Origin: Gammaproteobacteria bacterium
GTDB taxonomy: Bacteria > Pseudomonadota > Gammaproteobacteria > QQUJ01
Length of the DNA: 64,000 nt
Direction of reading: 5' to 3'
Assembly (NCBI GenBank): GCA_050287605.1
Contig: JBNKCG010000119.1
Coordinates: 15,095-79,094, forward strand
In this document: positions 9,000-16,482 of the stretch, piece after piece
Layout of the letters: each line of letters begins with the position of its first letter
Position numbering within the stretch: the first letter of the stretch is position 1
The notes under the pieces: generated by a model
What the model saw: the letters and a program-made list of their open reading frames with translations, nothing else
Told to the model about the DNA's origin: nothing
The model's database searches: none
Position numbers and translations under genes: made by a program

Positions 9000-10412
9000 T
9001 TATGCCGTCAAACGCCGCTCCACCAGCTTCACGGCGTTGGTCGCCACCTCCAGCCCCCAGTCTAGATGATCCAGCGGACGGCGGCTCATGGAGCGCCCTA
9101 CGCTGGCCATGCTGGCGTAGGTGTCCACCGCCAGGCGCAGGGCCCCGACCCCCTTGCCGCGGGAGTGCTCCAGCAGGCTCAGCCAGCTTCCCGCCCGCTT
9201 GGGAAACGCGTCGTACAATGCCCGCGGCGACAGGCACGCACTTTGCGACACGACACCACTGAACACCCCGCTGCAGAAATCCTGGAACGCAGGATCTCCC
9301 TCACCCAGGCGACCGATCTGCGTCAGCAAAAACAGGCAGAAGTCCTTCATCGCCGGGTTTTTCGCGATGGTGAGAAAGAGCTCTGCCGTACGCCAATCCA
9401 GCTCGACATGCTCGCGCAGTAGCTGCTCGTATCGCACTAGTGTCTGCCGCGAAAAATCTCCCACCGATAAGGCGTGGCGCACGGCCTCGGCCGCGTAATA
9501 GGCTCCCTCCATAGCCTTGTGTATACCGCCCCCGTTGAGCGGATCGATCTGGTTGGCCGCGTCACCCACCAGCAGCACCCGGTCGGCGACGATGCGCAGT
9601 GGTTTGTAGAACGCTGCCGATCCGCCGCCCAATGGTCCGCACTGTTTGGCATTTGCCAGCGGGACAGCCAACGAGGTGGCGAGAAATCGTTTGAACGTGT
9701 CGCGCAGTCCGTCAAGAATGGGAAACGTGGGATCGAACGCGTAGCCCATACCGATGTTGGCGAATCCGGCATCGTCCACGAACAGCCAGCCGTAGCCCGG
9801 GAAGTAGCTGCGGTCGAAGTAGACCTTCACCTGCGCACCTTCCACCGCGACGTTTTCGAAGTAGGCGCGAATGGAAACCGCCTCGGCGCCGTCGTGCAGC
9901 GTGTTGCCGATGCAGCGCGACACGACCGACGCCACGCCATCGGCACCGATCACCACCCTGCCCCGGTACTTGACGAGGTTCTTGCCGGATTGTGCCTGCA
10001 CCTCGACGGCATCGCGCTGTGCTGTGACCGACTTGACCTGCGCCCGTTCGAAGCGGGCGCCACAAGCCACCGCATGCTCCATCACCGTGGCGTCGAAGCG
10101 GCGGCGATCGAGCAGCGTGGCAAACGCGGGATAACGGCTGTTTTCCGGAAATCTGCCACGCAGCACATGTCGGTCGTTGATATAGAGATCGCACTCCTTG
10201 AAGCAGGCTTCGGTCTGCGCGAGCACCGCGTCGATGCAACCCAACTGGTCCAGCCAGTAAAGGGCCTGCGGGGTCAGTCCGTCCCCGCACACCTTGTCGC
10301 GCGGAAACGCCGCCTTGTCCAGAAGCAGAACCGACACGCCGTGACGGGCCAGAAAGCCGGCCGCACTGCTTCCGCCGGGTCCTGCGCCGACGATGATGGC
10401 GTCGTAGATCAC
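9000..10412 (-). CDS. Geranylgeranyl reductase family FAD-dependent oxidoreductase with C-terminal helical extension
   Basis: DAIIVGAGPGG, FPRDKVCGDGL, RRRFD, GADG, PGYGWLF, LVGDAA..DPLNGGGI. Confidence 0.88.
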   Translation of the reverse strand: MIYDAIIVGAGPGGSSAAGFLARHGVSVLLLDKAAFPRDKVCGDGLTPQALYWLDQLGCIDAVLAQTEACFKECDLYINDRHVLRGRFPENSRYPAFATLLDRRRFDATVMEHAVACGARFERAQVKSVTAQRDAVEVQAQSGKNLVKYRGRVVIGADGVASVVSRCIGNTLHDGAEAVSIRAYFENVAVEGAQVKVYFDRSYFPGYGWLFVDDAGFANIGMGYAFDPTFPILDGLRDTFKRFLATSLAVPLANAKQCGPLGGGSAAFYKPLRIVADRVLLVGDAANQIDPLNGGGIHKAMEGAYYAAEAVRHALSVGDFSRQTLVRYEQLLREHVELDWRTAELFLTIAKNPAMKDFCLFLLTQIGRLGEGDPAFQDFCSGVFSGVVSQSACLSPRALYDAFPKRAGSWLSLLEHSRGKGVGALRLAVDTYASMASVGRSMSRRPLDHLDWGLEVATNAVKLVERRLTA

Positions 10413-10433
10413 GGGTGCGAGCTTCCCGTCCGT

Positions 10434-11108
10434 CTAGGGTGCAACCACGATGCGCACCGGTATCCGAAACGACTCATCGGAACTGACCACCACCGAACCG
10501 AGGTAGATGTCCGGTGGGGTCTCCGGTACCAGTGCGCCCTGCAGCACGAACTTTTCGAAATCCATGGGGGCAATGCTCTTCTTGGGCGGTTTCACGGTGA
10601 ACGCATCGGGAGGAACCGGATGGCCGGTGGACTCGCCCACCATGCCTTCGAAGGCGACGGTTACCCGCTTGGTTTCGGTCAGCGAATCGTTGTTGATGGA
10701 AAACGAGACTTTGACCACGCCCCCCGGCGCCAACGGCAGCCGATTGGTGATGCAGTACACCGGCATCTCCGGTTCGGGCGCCGGCGGCGGCTCGGTCGGG
10801 GCCGCGTCGGGCGCGGCGCCATCCTGCGCTGTCGGGGGCGGGGAGGCCCCGCCGATGGATATCCCGTCAAAGAGCTTCTGCTGTGCGACGCTGCCGACCC
10901 GGTCGATGACCGTCAATCCCAGGCTAAGTCCCGCCTCGGCCAGTTCCAGCCCTTTGGAAAAGAGCGACCCGATCTGATCGGCCTTGCCCGAAAACGAAGC
11001 CGCCACTCCGGGGCCGCGCCCCCCGTCCCCGCTCGCGCGCCCCGTCTGGGAGCGGGTGCCGCCCGCCGTCCCCGTCTCACCGCCGTTCGCCCGTTTCGAC
11101 TCCGCCAT
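10434..11108 (-). CDS. Hypothetical protein (224 aa): amphipathic helix, Pro-rich linker, C-terminal Ig-like beta-sandwich
   Basis: Start reassigned to ATG 11108 (MAESKR) after GGGAGAG; alternating beta-strand pattern at C-terminus (VKVSFSINN, YLGSVVV, IPVRIVV). Confidence 0.78.
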   Translation of the reverse strand: MAESKRANGGETGTAGGTRSQTGRASGDGGRGPGVAASFSGKADQIGSLFSKGLELAEAGLSLGLTVIDRVGSVAQQKLFDGISIGGASPPPTAQDGAAPDAAPTEPPPAPEPEMPVYCITNRLPLAPGGVVKVSFSINNDSLTETKRVTVAFEGMVGESTGHPVPPDAFTVKPPKKSIAPMDFEKFVLQGALVPETPPDIYLGSVVVSSDESFRIPVRIVVAP

Positions 11109-11128
11109 AGCGCTCTCCCGATCCCGAG

Positions 11129-11389
11129 TTACCTGCAACCGCACGTATCGCAATGACACTCCGGTACGTGGTGGTACCGGTAGTGATGATGAACCTCGCA
11201 ACATCCATGAGCAGCGTGATGCACGTTGACAGCGGACAGACCGCCCCAGGCCAACCCCTCCACGGTGTTGCGTGCGGCAACAACCCCGAACCGCAGTGCG
11301 CCGAACGCAAGGCCCAGCGCGCCTCCCACCAGCTCACCGAGGGCTGCGCCGCTCTGGTGCGCGAGACACTCCTGACGCGTGTGATTCAT
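11129..11389 (-). CDS. Small hypothetical protein (86 aa): Gly/Ala helix plus His/Cys-rich C-terminus
   Basis: ATG 11389 (MNHTRQECL) after RBS GGGGAGG; ends HHAAHGCCEVHHHYRYHHVPECHCDTCGCR. Confidence 0.78.
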   Translation of the reverse strand: MNHTRQECLAHQSGAALGELVGGALGLAFGALRFGVVAARNTVEGLAWGGLSAVNVHHAAHGCCEVHHHYRYHHVPECHCDTCGCR

Positions 11390-11394
11390 TCGTT

Positions 11395-12090
11395 TCACCT
11401 CCCCTGTCCGATGCCGCTGACGGCCGGTTGCACCGAGGCAGCGACGGGTTCGTGGGGTCGGTTGTCGCCGACCGCGAAGTGGCTGGGTGCCCCGCCGACC
11501 CGCAGTCCCCAACAGCCGTTCCGATCGTGCACCGCGACGCTGTCTGCGTGCGGTGAGGGGGCGTCGACAACGCGCGTCCTGGTTTCCACACAGCGCTCGG
11601 TGCGGATGACCGGAATCGCTGGATTGCCCACGGCGGCGATCTCCGCGTAACTGCGCTCATGGGTTTTGACCTGCTCGCGACGGATCCGGTCACGCGGCTT
11701 CAACCAGCTCTGTCCGTGAATGTTGAGGCGCAGGATCTCGATACCGAGGAAACGCGCATGCACGGTGTACTCCGACGGCAGCTGAAAATCCTGATTCAGG
11801 CCGATGGCCAGTGGCGGCATACGCCGCAGGTTGACGTCCATGGCCGGCATGCGACTCATGGCCAGGTTCACCGTCGGCACATGCGTGACGTTGAGCCGCT
11901 CCACGTGCACTGGATCGAGATTGCGCACATGGTCGATGCGCAGCGATTCCACCGAAATGGGATCGATGTGGTTGAGCTCTTTGACGTGAATCGCCGCCGG
12001 TGCGATCTTTTCAATCTTCTCGATTTTTCGGATCGTGTCGATGGTGACATCGGCGATGTCTTTGACGTGAGTGACGTTGACGTTGCCCAT
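11395..12090 (-). CDS. Hypothetical beta-repeat protein
   Basis: RBS GAGGGAG; internal repeats KIEKIEKI, VKELNHIDPISVESL/IDHVRNLDPVHVERL, NVTHVPTVNL/AMSRMPAMDV/NLRRMPPLAI. Confidence 0.8.
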   Translation of the reverse strand: MGNVNVTHVKDIADVTIDTIRKIEKIEKIAPAAIHVKELNHIDPISVESLRIDHVRNLDPVHVERLNVTHVPTVNLAMSRMPAMDVNLRRMPPLAIGLNQDFQLPSEYTVHARFLGIEILRLNIHGQSWLKPRDRIRREQVKTHERSYAEIAAVGNPAIPVIRTERCVETRTRVVDAPSPHADSVAVHDRNGCWGLRVGGAPSHFAVGDNRPHEPVAASVQPAVSGIGQGR

Positions 12091-12118
12091 ACGCTTCTCC
12101 CTCGGCGGCGCCGGCGGA

Positions 12119-12835
12119 TCAGATTCCCGGCCAGTTGTAGTTGATGACCAGGATCTTTGCCTCTTCGTAAACCGACGTCTGATGTTTGCTGCGTGCGCGG
12201 ATCACCACCGTTTTGGTGCTGCCCGACCCCGCCACTTCATAGCGGAACTGATGAAACGGTTCGTTGTTGAATTGCAGTACCCCGTTCACCAGCCATTCGA
12301 TCTCACGGGTCGTACTGTTCCACAGCGCAGCGTGAAAAAGCTGCTGGGTGTTGCTTTTGTCGATGTAGGCGTTGTGCTGGCCCTGCGGGTAATAGAGTGT
12401 TGCGTGTTTCGGCCACAGCTGGAGAGTGGTTTCAGCAACGGGTTCGGGCCCGACGCCGACCAGCGTCACCCACGCGTAGGCTTTGCGTAGCGGGTCTTCG
12501 CGCGAACTCACGACCACGATGTCGGTCGCACCATTGCTCAATGCGCCCTTGACGGGGGCGCGGTAGACGCCGCCTGCATCGATGCTGCCGGCGCCGGGGT
12601 TGCCGGAGAGATCCAGTACCTCCCAGCGCACACCCCGGTTTGAGTTGGTGACGGCCGCTTCGAAGCGTACTTGCGTGGTGGCGGGATTGGCGAACCGCTC
12701 GTCACGGAAATTCACCTCGGCGCGCGGCGGCCAGATCTCCACTTCAACCCGATGACGGCATTCGATGTGGTGGTACACATCGATCACCCGATGTGGACGA
12801 CCCCGTTGGGGCGGACCGTGGGGAAACGAACTCAT
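12119..12835 (-). CDS. Hypothetical protein with two tandem bacterial Ig-like domains
   Basis: Repeat pattern (I/L)WP..A....QxxFxA......IxW.V seen twice; GSIDAGGVYRAP is typical of Big_2-like domains; no signal peptide. Confidence 0.72.
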   Translation of the reverse strand: MSSFPHGPPQRGRPHRVIDVYHHIECRHRVEVEIWPPRAEVNFRDERFANPATTQVRFEAAVTNSNRGVRWEVLDLSGNPGAGSIDAGGVYRAPVKGALSNGATDIVVVSSREDPLRKAYAWVTLVGVGPEPVAETTLQLWPKHATLYYPQGQHNAYIDKSNTQQLFHAALWNSTTREIEWLVNGVLQFNNEPFHQFRYEVAGSGSTKTVVIRARSKHQTSVYEEAKILVINYNWPGI

Positions 12836-12846
12836 GCGCGCCTTTC

Positions 12847-13272
12847 TCAGTCGTCCAGGCAGTCGACGTCGTCGCCCGCGGCCAGTTCGATCGCCGCCTT
12901 GGTGACGCGACCGGGCATCTTGGCGTCGAAATCGACGGCCATTTTGCAGGCGACCGTCCCGTCGAGCCGGCAGTTCATTCCCTCTTTACCCAGCACGCCG
13001 CCCAATTTCACGCCAAAGGCCTGTACCTCGGCCTCAATGGGATCGAGGCGAATCCCGAAGGGGCTGATGGACGCGACGGTGACCACTCCGCAGTGGCGGC
13101 GCAGAAACGGTATCGTCAAGCGGATGGGGATGGCGCTGACCTGAGCGGTGATGGGCTGGCTTTTGAAGCGGAAGCCCGCCTCCCCCTGGACGTCGAACGC
13201 CAGCGGATCCGAGTGCATGTTGATTTTGAATTCCGGGCACCCCTCGACGACCGCCCGCGATTGAAATTTCAT
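12847..13272 (-). CDS. Hypothetical beta-strand-rich protein (141 aa)
   Basis: RBS GGAGGAG; ATGA overlap with upstream stop; long alternating hydrophobic/polar pattern. Confidence 0.78.
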   Translation of the reverse strand: MKFQSRAVVEGCPEFKINMHSDPLAFDVQGEAGFRFKSQPITAQVSAIPIRLTIPFLRRHCGVVTVASISPFGIRLDPIEAEVQAFGVKLGGVLGKEGMNCRLDGTVACKMAVDFDAKMPGRVTKAAIELAAGDDVDCLDD

Positions 13273-13490
13273 CGTTTCTCCTCCGGCTCACTCACCCCGC
13301 CTTCTTGCCCCTCCGACATCGCGCTCGCCTGCGGATAGACGCGTTCGGCCAGGTCGCTGCACATGGCATCCACCATCCGGTTGAGATCGTCGAACCCCTT
13401 GAGGGCCTCTGCGATCTCCGTGCAGTTCTCCCCCTCCACCTCGAATGAGACCAAAGGTCCCAGACGTATCTTCAATGTCATATTTGGCAT
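13269..13490 (-). CDS. Small hypothetical protein (73 aa)
   Basis: Purine-rich RBS; fills the operon gap exactly and is translationally coupled to the next gene. Confidence 0.72.
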   Translation of the reverse strand: MPNMTLKIRLGPLVSFEVEGENCTEIAEALKGFDDLNRMVDAMCSDLAERVYPQASAMSEGQEGGVSEPEEKR

Positions 13491-13523
13491 CGTGCCCTCT
13501 TCCCCAAACGGGTTGGTCGTGAT

Positions 13524-14126
13524 CTATCTCTCCGTCGGCGGATCCCTGCCGTCTTGCGTTTGATCCGCTTCGCCACCTTCGCTGATCTGATCGTCCAGTC
13601 GACGCACCGCGCCGATGATGCCGTCCAGCGACGAGATGACGACATCGACGATCTGCCGTTCCTGATGATCCAGCTCGCGGTAGACGCCCTCCAGACCCGC
13701 GCCCAGATCTCTGCCCTCCTGGCTCTTGCGGTACTCGCGGCCGCGCTCCATCAGAACCCCGCTAAACTGGTCGACGATGGACAGCAGACCATAGAGCAGG
13801 TCGGTGTGATTGCGCTCTTCGCTGGGCGCCGGTTCCCGCGGTGCCGGCTGACAAACGGTGCAGGCGTACTTGTGCTCCTGCTCGCCGATCTTCCACAAGC
13901 CATAGAGCGCGCTCTTGGAGCTCTCGGGGATGGCCTTGCATCCTCGCTTGTGTAGTTTCCCAAGTGCGGTATCAAATTGGTACGGCGCTTGCGCCGCCTC
14001 TTCCCGGTTGTCGATCTTCAACAACGGTTGATTGCCGCGCAGTCGGTTTGCCCGCTGCAGCTCCTGCAGCTTGAGCGCGAACGCGTCGCCCAACGATGCC
14101 GCACCGGTGGGTGTTTCCCTACTCAT
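13524..14126 (-). CDS. Hypothetical protein with Ada-type metal-binding-like motif and C-terminal amphipathic helices
   Basis: Start ATG 14126 overlaps upstream stop (ATGAGTAG); motif KLHKRGC...YACTVCQP. Confidence 0.75.
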   Translation of the reverse strand: MSRETPTGAASLGDAFALKLQELQRANRLRGNQPLLKIDNREEAAQAPYQFDTALGKLHKRGCKAIPESSKSALYGLWKIGEQEHKYACTVCQPAPREPAPSEERNHTDLLYGLLSIVDQFSGVLMERGREYRKSQEGRDLGAGLEGVYRELDHQERQIVDVVISSLDGIIGAVRRLDDQISEGGEADQTQDGRDPPTER

Positions 14127-15045
14127 AGACCGCCCATGCCGTCGCACCGTAACGCTTTTGGCGCGCGTGTTTCTCCAGGCGCGTCAGGTAGTAGCGGGTA
14201 AGAAAGGCGATGAGCAACTCACTGCCCGATCCCTTGGACAACCCGCGCACCAGACGATCGATGGAGGTGGTGAATATTGAACGCAGCGTACGTACCGGGG
14301 CCTTGACCTGGTTCATGTAGGTGATGCGCTTATCGTGCAGATCGGCGTGGCAGTCGCCGTGATCGTCGATGTGCATAATCAACGCGCCAGCGGTGAATAC
14401 CGACGCACAAAACGAGAGGGGCAGATTGGGAACCAGAAATGCCGACAGCACGAGTATGGCGTGTCCGCTGCGATCGCGTGCAAACCGCTTCAACTGCTGA
14501 AGCTGTCGGCGACGCGAAAGTTGATCGAAGTTAGTGCGGTCGAGGCGCAACTCCACGTCACGTTTTTGCGCTTCGTACAGCCGCAGGATCGCCTGCCGCA
14601 AGGTTGGGTCCAAGACGTCGCGTTCGGCAAACAGCCGGGTCAGGATAATGTAGAACAGTTTCTCGCGGGGCGAGTTGATCTCAAACCAGCCCTTGGTCAA
14701 CAGCCGCTCGAACCGCCGCAGGTATTCCCGCGTCGCCTCGACGCCGAAGTCGTCGAGAAAACTGTCCGCCAGAAAACAGCAGCCGCCGAACAGGCTACCG
14801 AGACTTCTGCGCCGTTCATCGTATTCGTAACCGGCGATTTCCGTACAGGCGTGTCCCACCAAGGTCATCTTGGTGCTGAGCTCGATCAGCTTGCGGTATT
14901 CGTTGTTCTGGTTGTTCCGCAACTCCGGGTAGTACTGATCGATCAGGGGATCGAGGGTCGCGGCGGCGGCAGCGCGGTAAACCGGTATCAGCTCGTCAAC
15001 GCGCTGCGAACCGATTTCGTTGCTGAAGTGTCCGTCAGCGCGCAC
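14119..15045 (-). CDS. Class I isoprenoid synthase-fold protein (prenyltransferase/terpene synthase-like); first gene of operon
   Basis: All-alpha pattern with two Asp-rich motifs, ADSFLDD and IDDHGDCHADLHD, plus AQKRD (cf. GQxxD) between them. Confidence 0.68.
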   Translation of the reverse strand: MRADGHFSNEIGSQRVDELIPVYRAAAAATLDPLIDQYYPELRNNQNNEYRKLIELSTKMTLVGHACTEIAGYEYDERRRSLGSLFGGCCFLADSFLDDFGVEATREYLRRFERLLTKGWFEINSPREKLFYIILTRLFAERDVLDPTLRQAILRLYEAQKRDVELRLDRTNFDQLSRRRQLQQLKRFARDRSGHAILVLSAFLVPNLPLSFCASVFTAGALIMHIDDHGDCHADLHDKRITYMNQVKAPVRTLRSIFTTSIDRLVRGLSKGSGSELLIAFLTRYYLTRLEKHARQKRYGATAWAVYE

Positions 15046-15089
15046 GGAAATCTACCCGCCTGTCCGTTGCTGTGTCGGGGGAAAAACAG

Positions 15090-15105
15090 TACAACTGATG
15101 TGCCA
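15090..15105 (-). promoter_or_regulatory. Candidate sigma54 (-24/-12) promoter of the 14-gene operon
   Basis: Minus strand TGGCAC-ATCAG-TTGTA, about 45 nt before the first start codon; the -12 element is GT rather than consensus GC. Confidence 0.45.
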
Positions 15106-15414
15106 TTCGGGCATCCGCTGCCTCCTTATGTTAACCACCTGTTGTTCGCAGCAAGCTAGCATCAATGTCGGCGAGGTTCAAGGAGACGCCCACCCGACAA
15201 CGCACCTGAAAAACACATTGGTTACAACGATATTTCTTGTTCATGAAAACGCGCTTCGGATCTTACCGGCCATGAGGCGCAGGCCGGCCCGACTGCTCTT
15301 GACGCGCTTGCCATCTGTCCCGTTGCATCGATACTGTGATCAGACGGGTAGTTACTCTCGCCGTTGCCAATTCCTCTCGGAGTGGAGACGTTGTATGCAT
15401 AGGAAGCCTGGGCG

Positions 15415-16455
15415 TTGACATCCGATCCCACCAACCACCGCAAGCTCGAACACATCCGCATCCTCGAAGAGGATGCCGGTTCGGATCGCCGCCAGGGACA
15501 CTTCGAGCGCATCAGACTACGCCATCGCGCTCTGCCCGAACTCGCGCTGACCCAGGTGGATCCGCGCTGCGAGTTCATGGGCAAGCCGCTTCGCTTCCCT
15601 CTGCTGATCTCCTCCATGACCGGTGGCGATCACGAGGTGGTCCGCCGCATCAACCGCAACCTGGCAATCGCCGCAGAAGCCGCTGGCGTGGCCATGGCGG
15701 TGGGATCGCAACGCGTCATGTTCAGCACGCCCCAGGCGGCGGAGAGTTTCGATCTGCGGCAATGGGCACCGTCGACCCTGCTGATGGCCAACCTCGGAGC
15801 CGTTCAGCTCAACTGCGGTTTCGGCATCGAGCAGTGCAGTGCAGCAGTGCAGCAACTGCGCGCCGACGCCCTCTACCTGCACCTCAATCCCTTGCAGGAA
15901 GCCGTTCAGCCCGAGGGGGATACGGACTTTTCCGGGCTGGCGGCGCGGATTGGCGAGTTGGCGGAGCAACTGGAGGTGCCGATCATCCTCAAAGAGGTGG
16001 GTGCGGGGTTGTCGAAGGAGGACATCGCGCTGGGACTGGACCACGGGGTGCGCTACTTCGACGTGGCCGGCGCCGGCGGTACCTCCTGGAGTCGCATAGA
16101 ACACCACCGCGCACCGCAATCGTCTCAGACCCGCCTGGGATTGCTGTTTCAGGACTGGGGCATCCCCACGCCATTGGCGCTGCGCGAAGCGAGAGCGTAC
16201 GCGGGCCGGGCGACGCTGATCGCCAGCGGGGGAATCCGTTCTGGCATCGATATGGTCAAGTCGGTGATCCTCGGCGCCTCGCTTTGCGGGCTGGCCGCGC
16301 CGTTTCTGAAGCCGGCCATGGAATCGCCCGAGGCGGTGGTGGCGGTGATCGAACAACTCAGGCGGGAATTCGTGACCGCGATGTTCTTGCTGGGCGCGGC
16401 CAACATCGAAGCTCTCTATCTCAACGATGCGCTGCTATTGGAGGATCTGCCCTAG
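15415..16455 (+). CDS. fni: Type 2 isopentenyl-diphosphate delta-isomerase (FMN-dependent)
   Basis: RKLEHI, ISSMTGG, GSQR, HLNPLQE, KEVGAG, AGAGGTSW, ASGGIR. Confidence 0.93.
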   Translation: MTSDPTNHRKLEHIRILEEDAGSDRRQGHFERIRLRHRALPELALTQVDPRCEFMGKPLRFPLLISSMTGGDHEVVRRINRNLAIAAEAAGVAMAVGSQRVMFSTPQAAESFDLRQWAPSTLLMANLGAVQLNCGFGIEQCSAAVQQLRADALYLHLNPLQEAVQPEGDTDFSGLAARIGELAEQLEVPIILKEVGAGLSKEDIALGLDHGVRYFDVAGAGGTSWSRIEHHRAPQSSQTRLGLLFQDWGIPTPLALREARAYAGRATLIASGGIRSGIDMVKSVILGASLCGLAAPFLKPAMESPEAVVAVIEQLRREFVTAMFLLGAANIEALYLNDALLLEDLP

Positions 16456-16482
16456 AGTGCCTGCGCGACGCGGAACGCGGCG

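Noticed and set aside
9474-11156. 560-aa plus-strand ORF (similarly 5851..6858 and 14335..15159)
   Set aside because: Antisense shadows of well-supported minus-strand genes; common in GC-rich DNA, no motifs
6978-14126. Assignment of operon proteins to gas vesicle, BMC/carboxysome, encapsulin, magnetosome, phage tail or sulfur-globule proteins
   Set aside because: No signature motifs recognised; no signal peptides as sulfur-globule proteins have; remote homology cannot be excluded without profile searches
5478-16482. Novel locus as a mobile genomic island
   Set aside because: No integrase, transposase, tRNA or flanking direct repeat seen; composition not visibly different by eye
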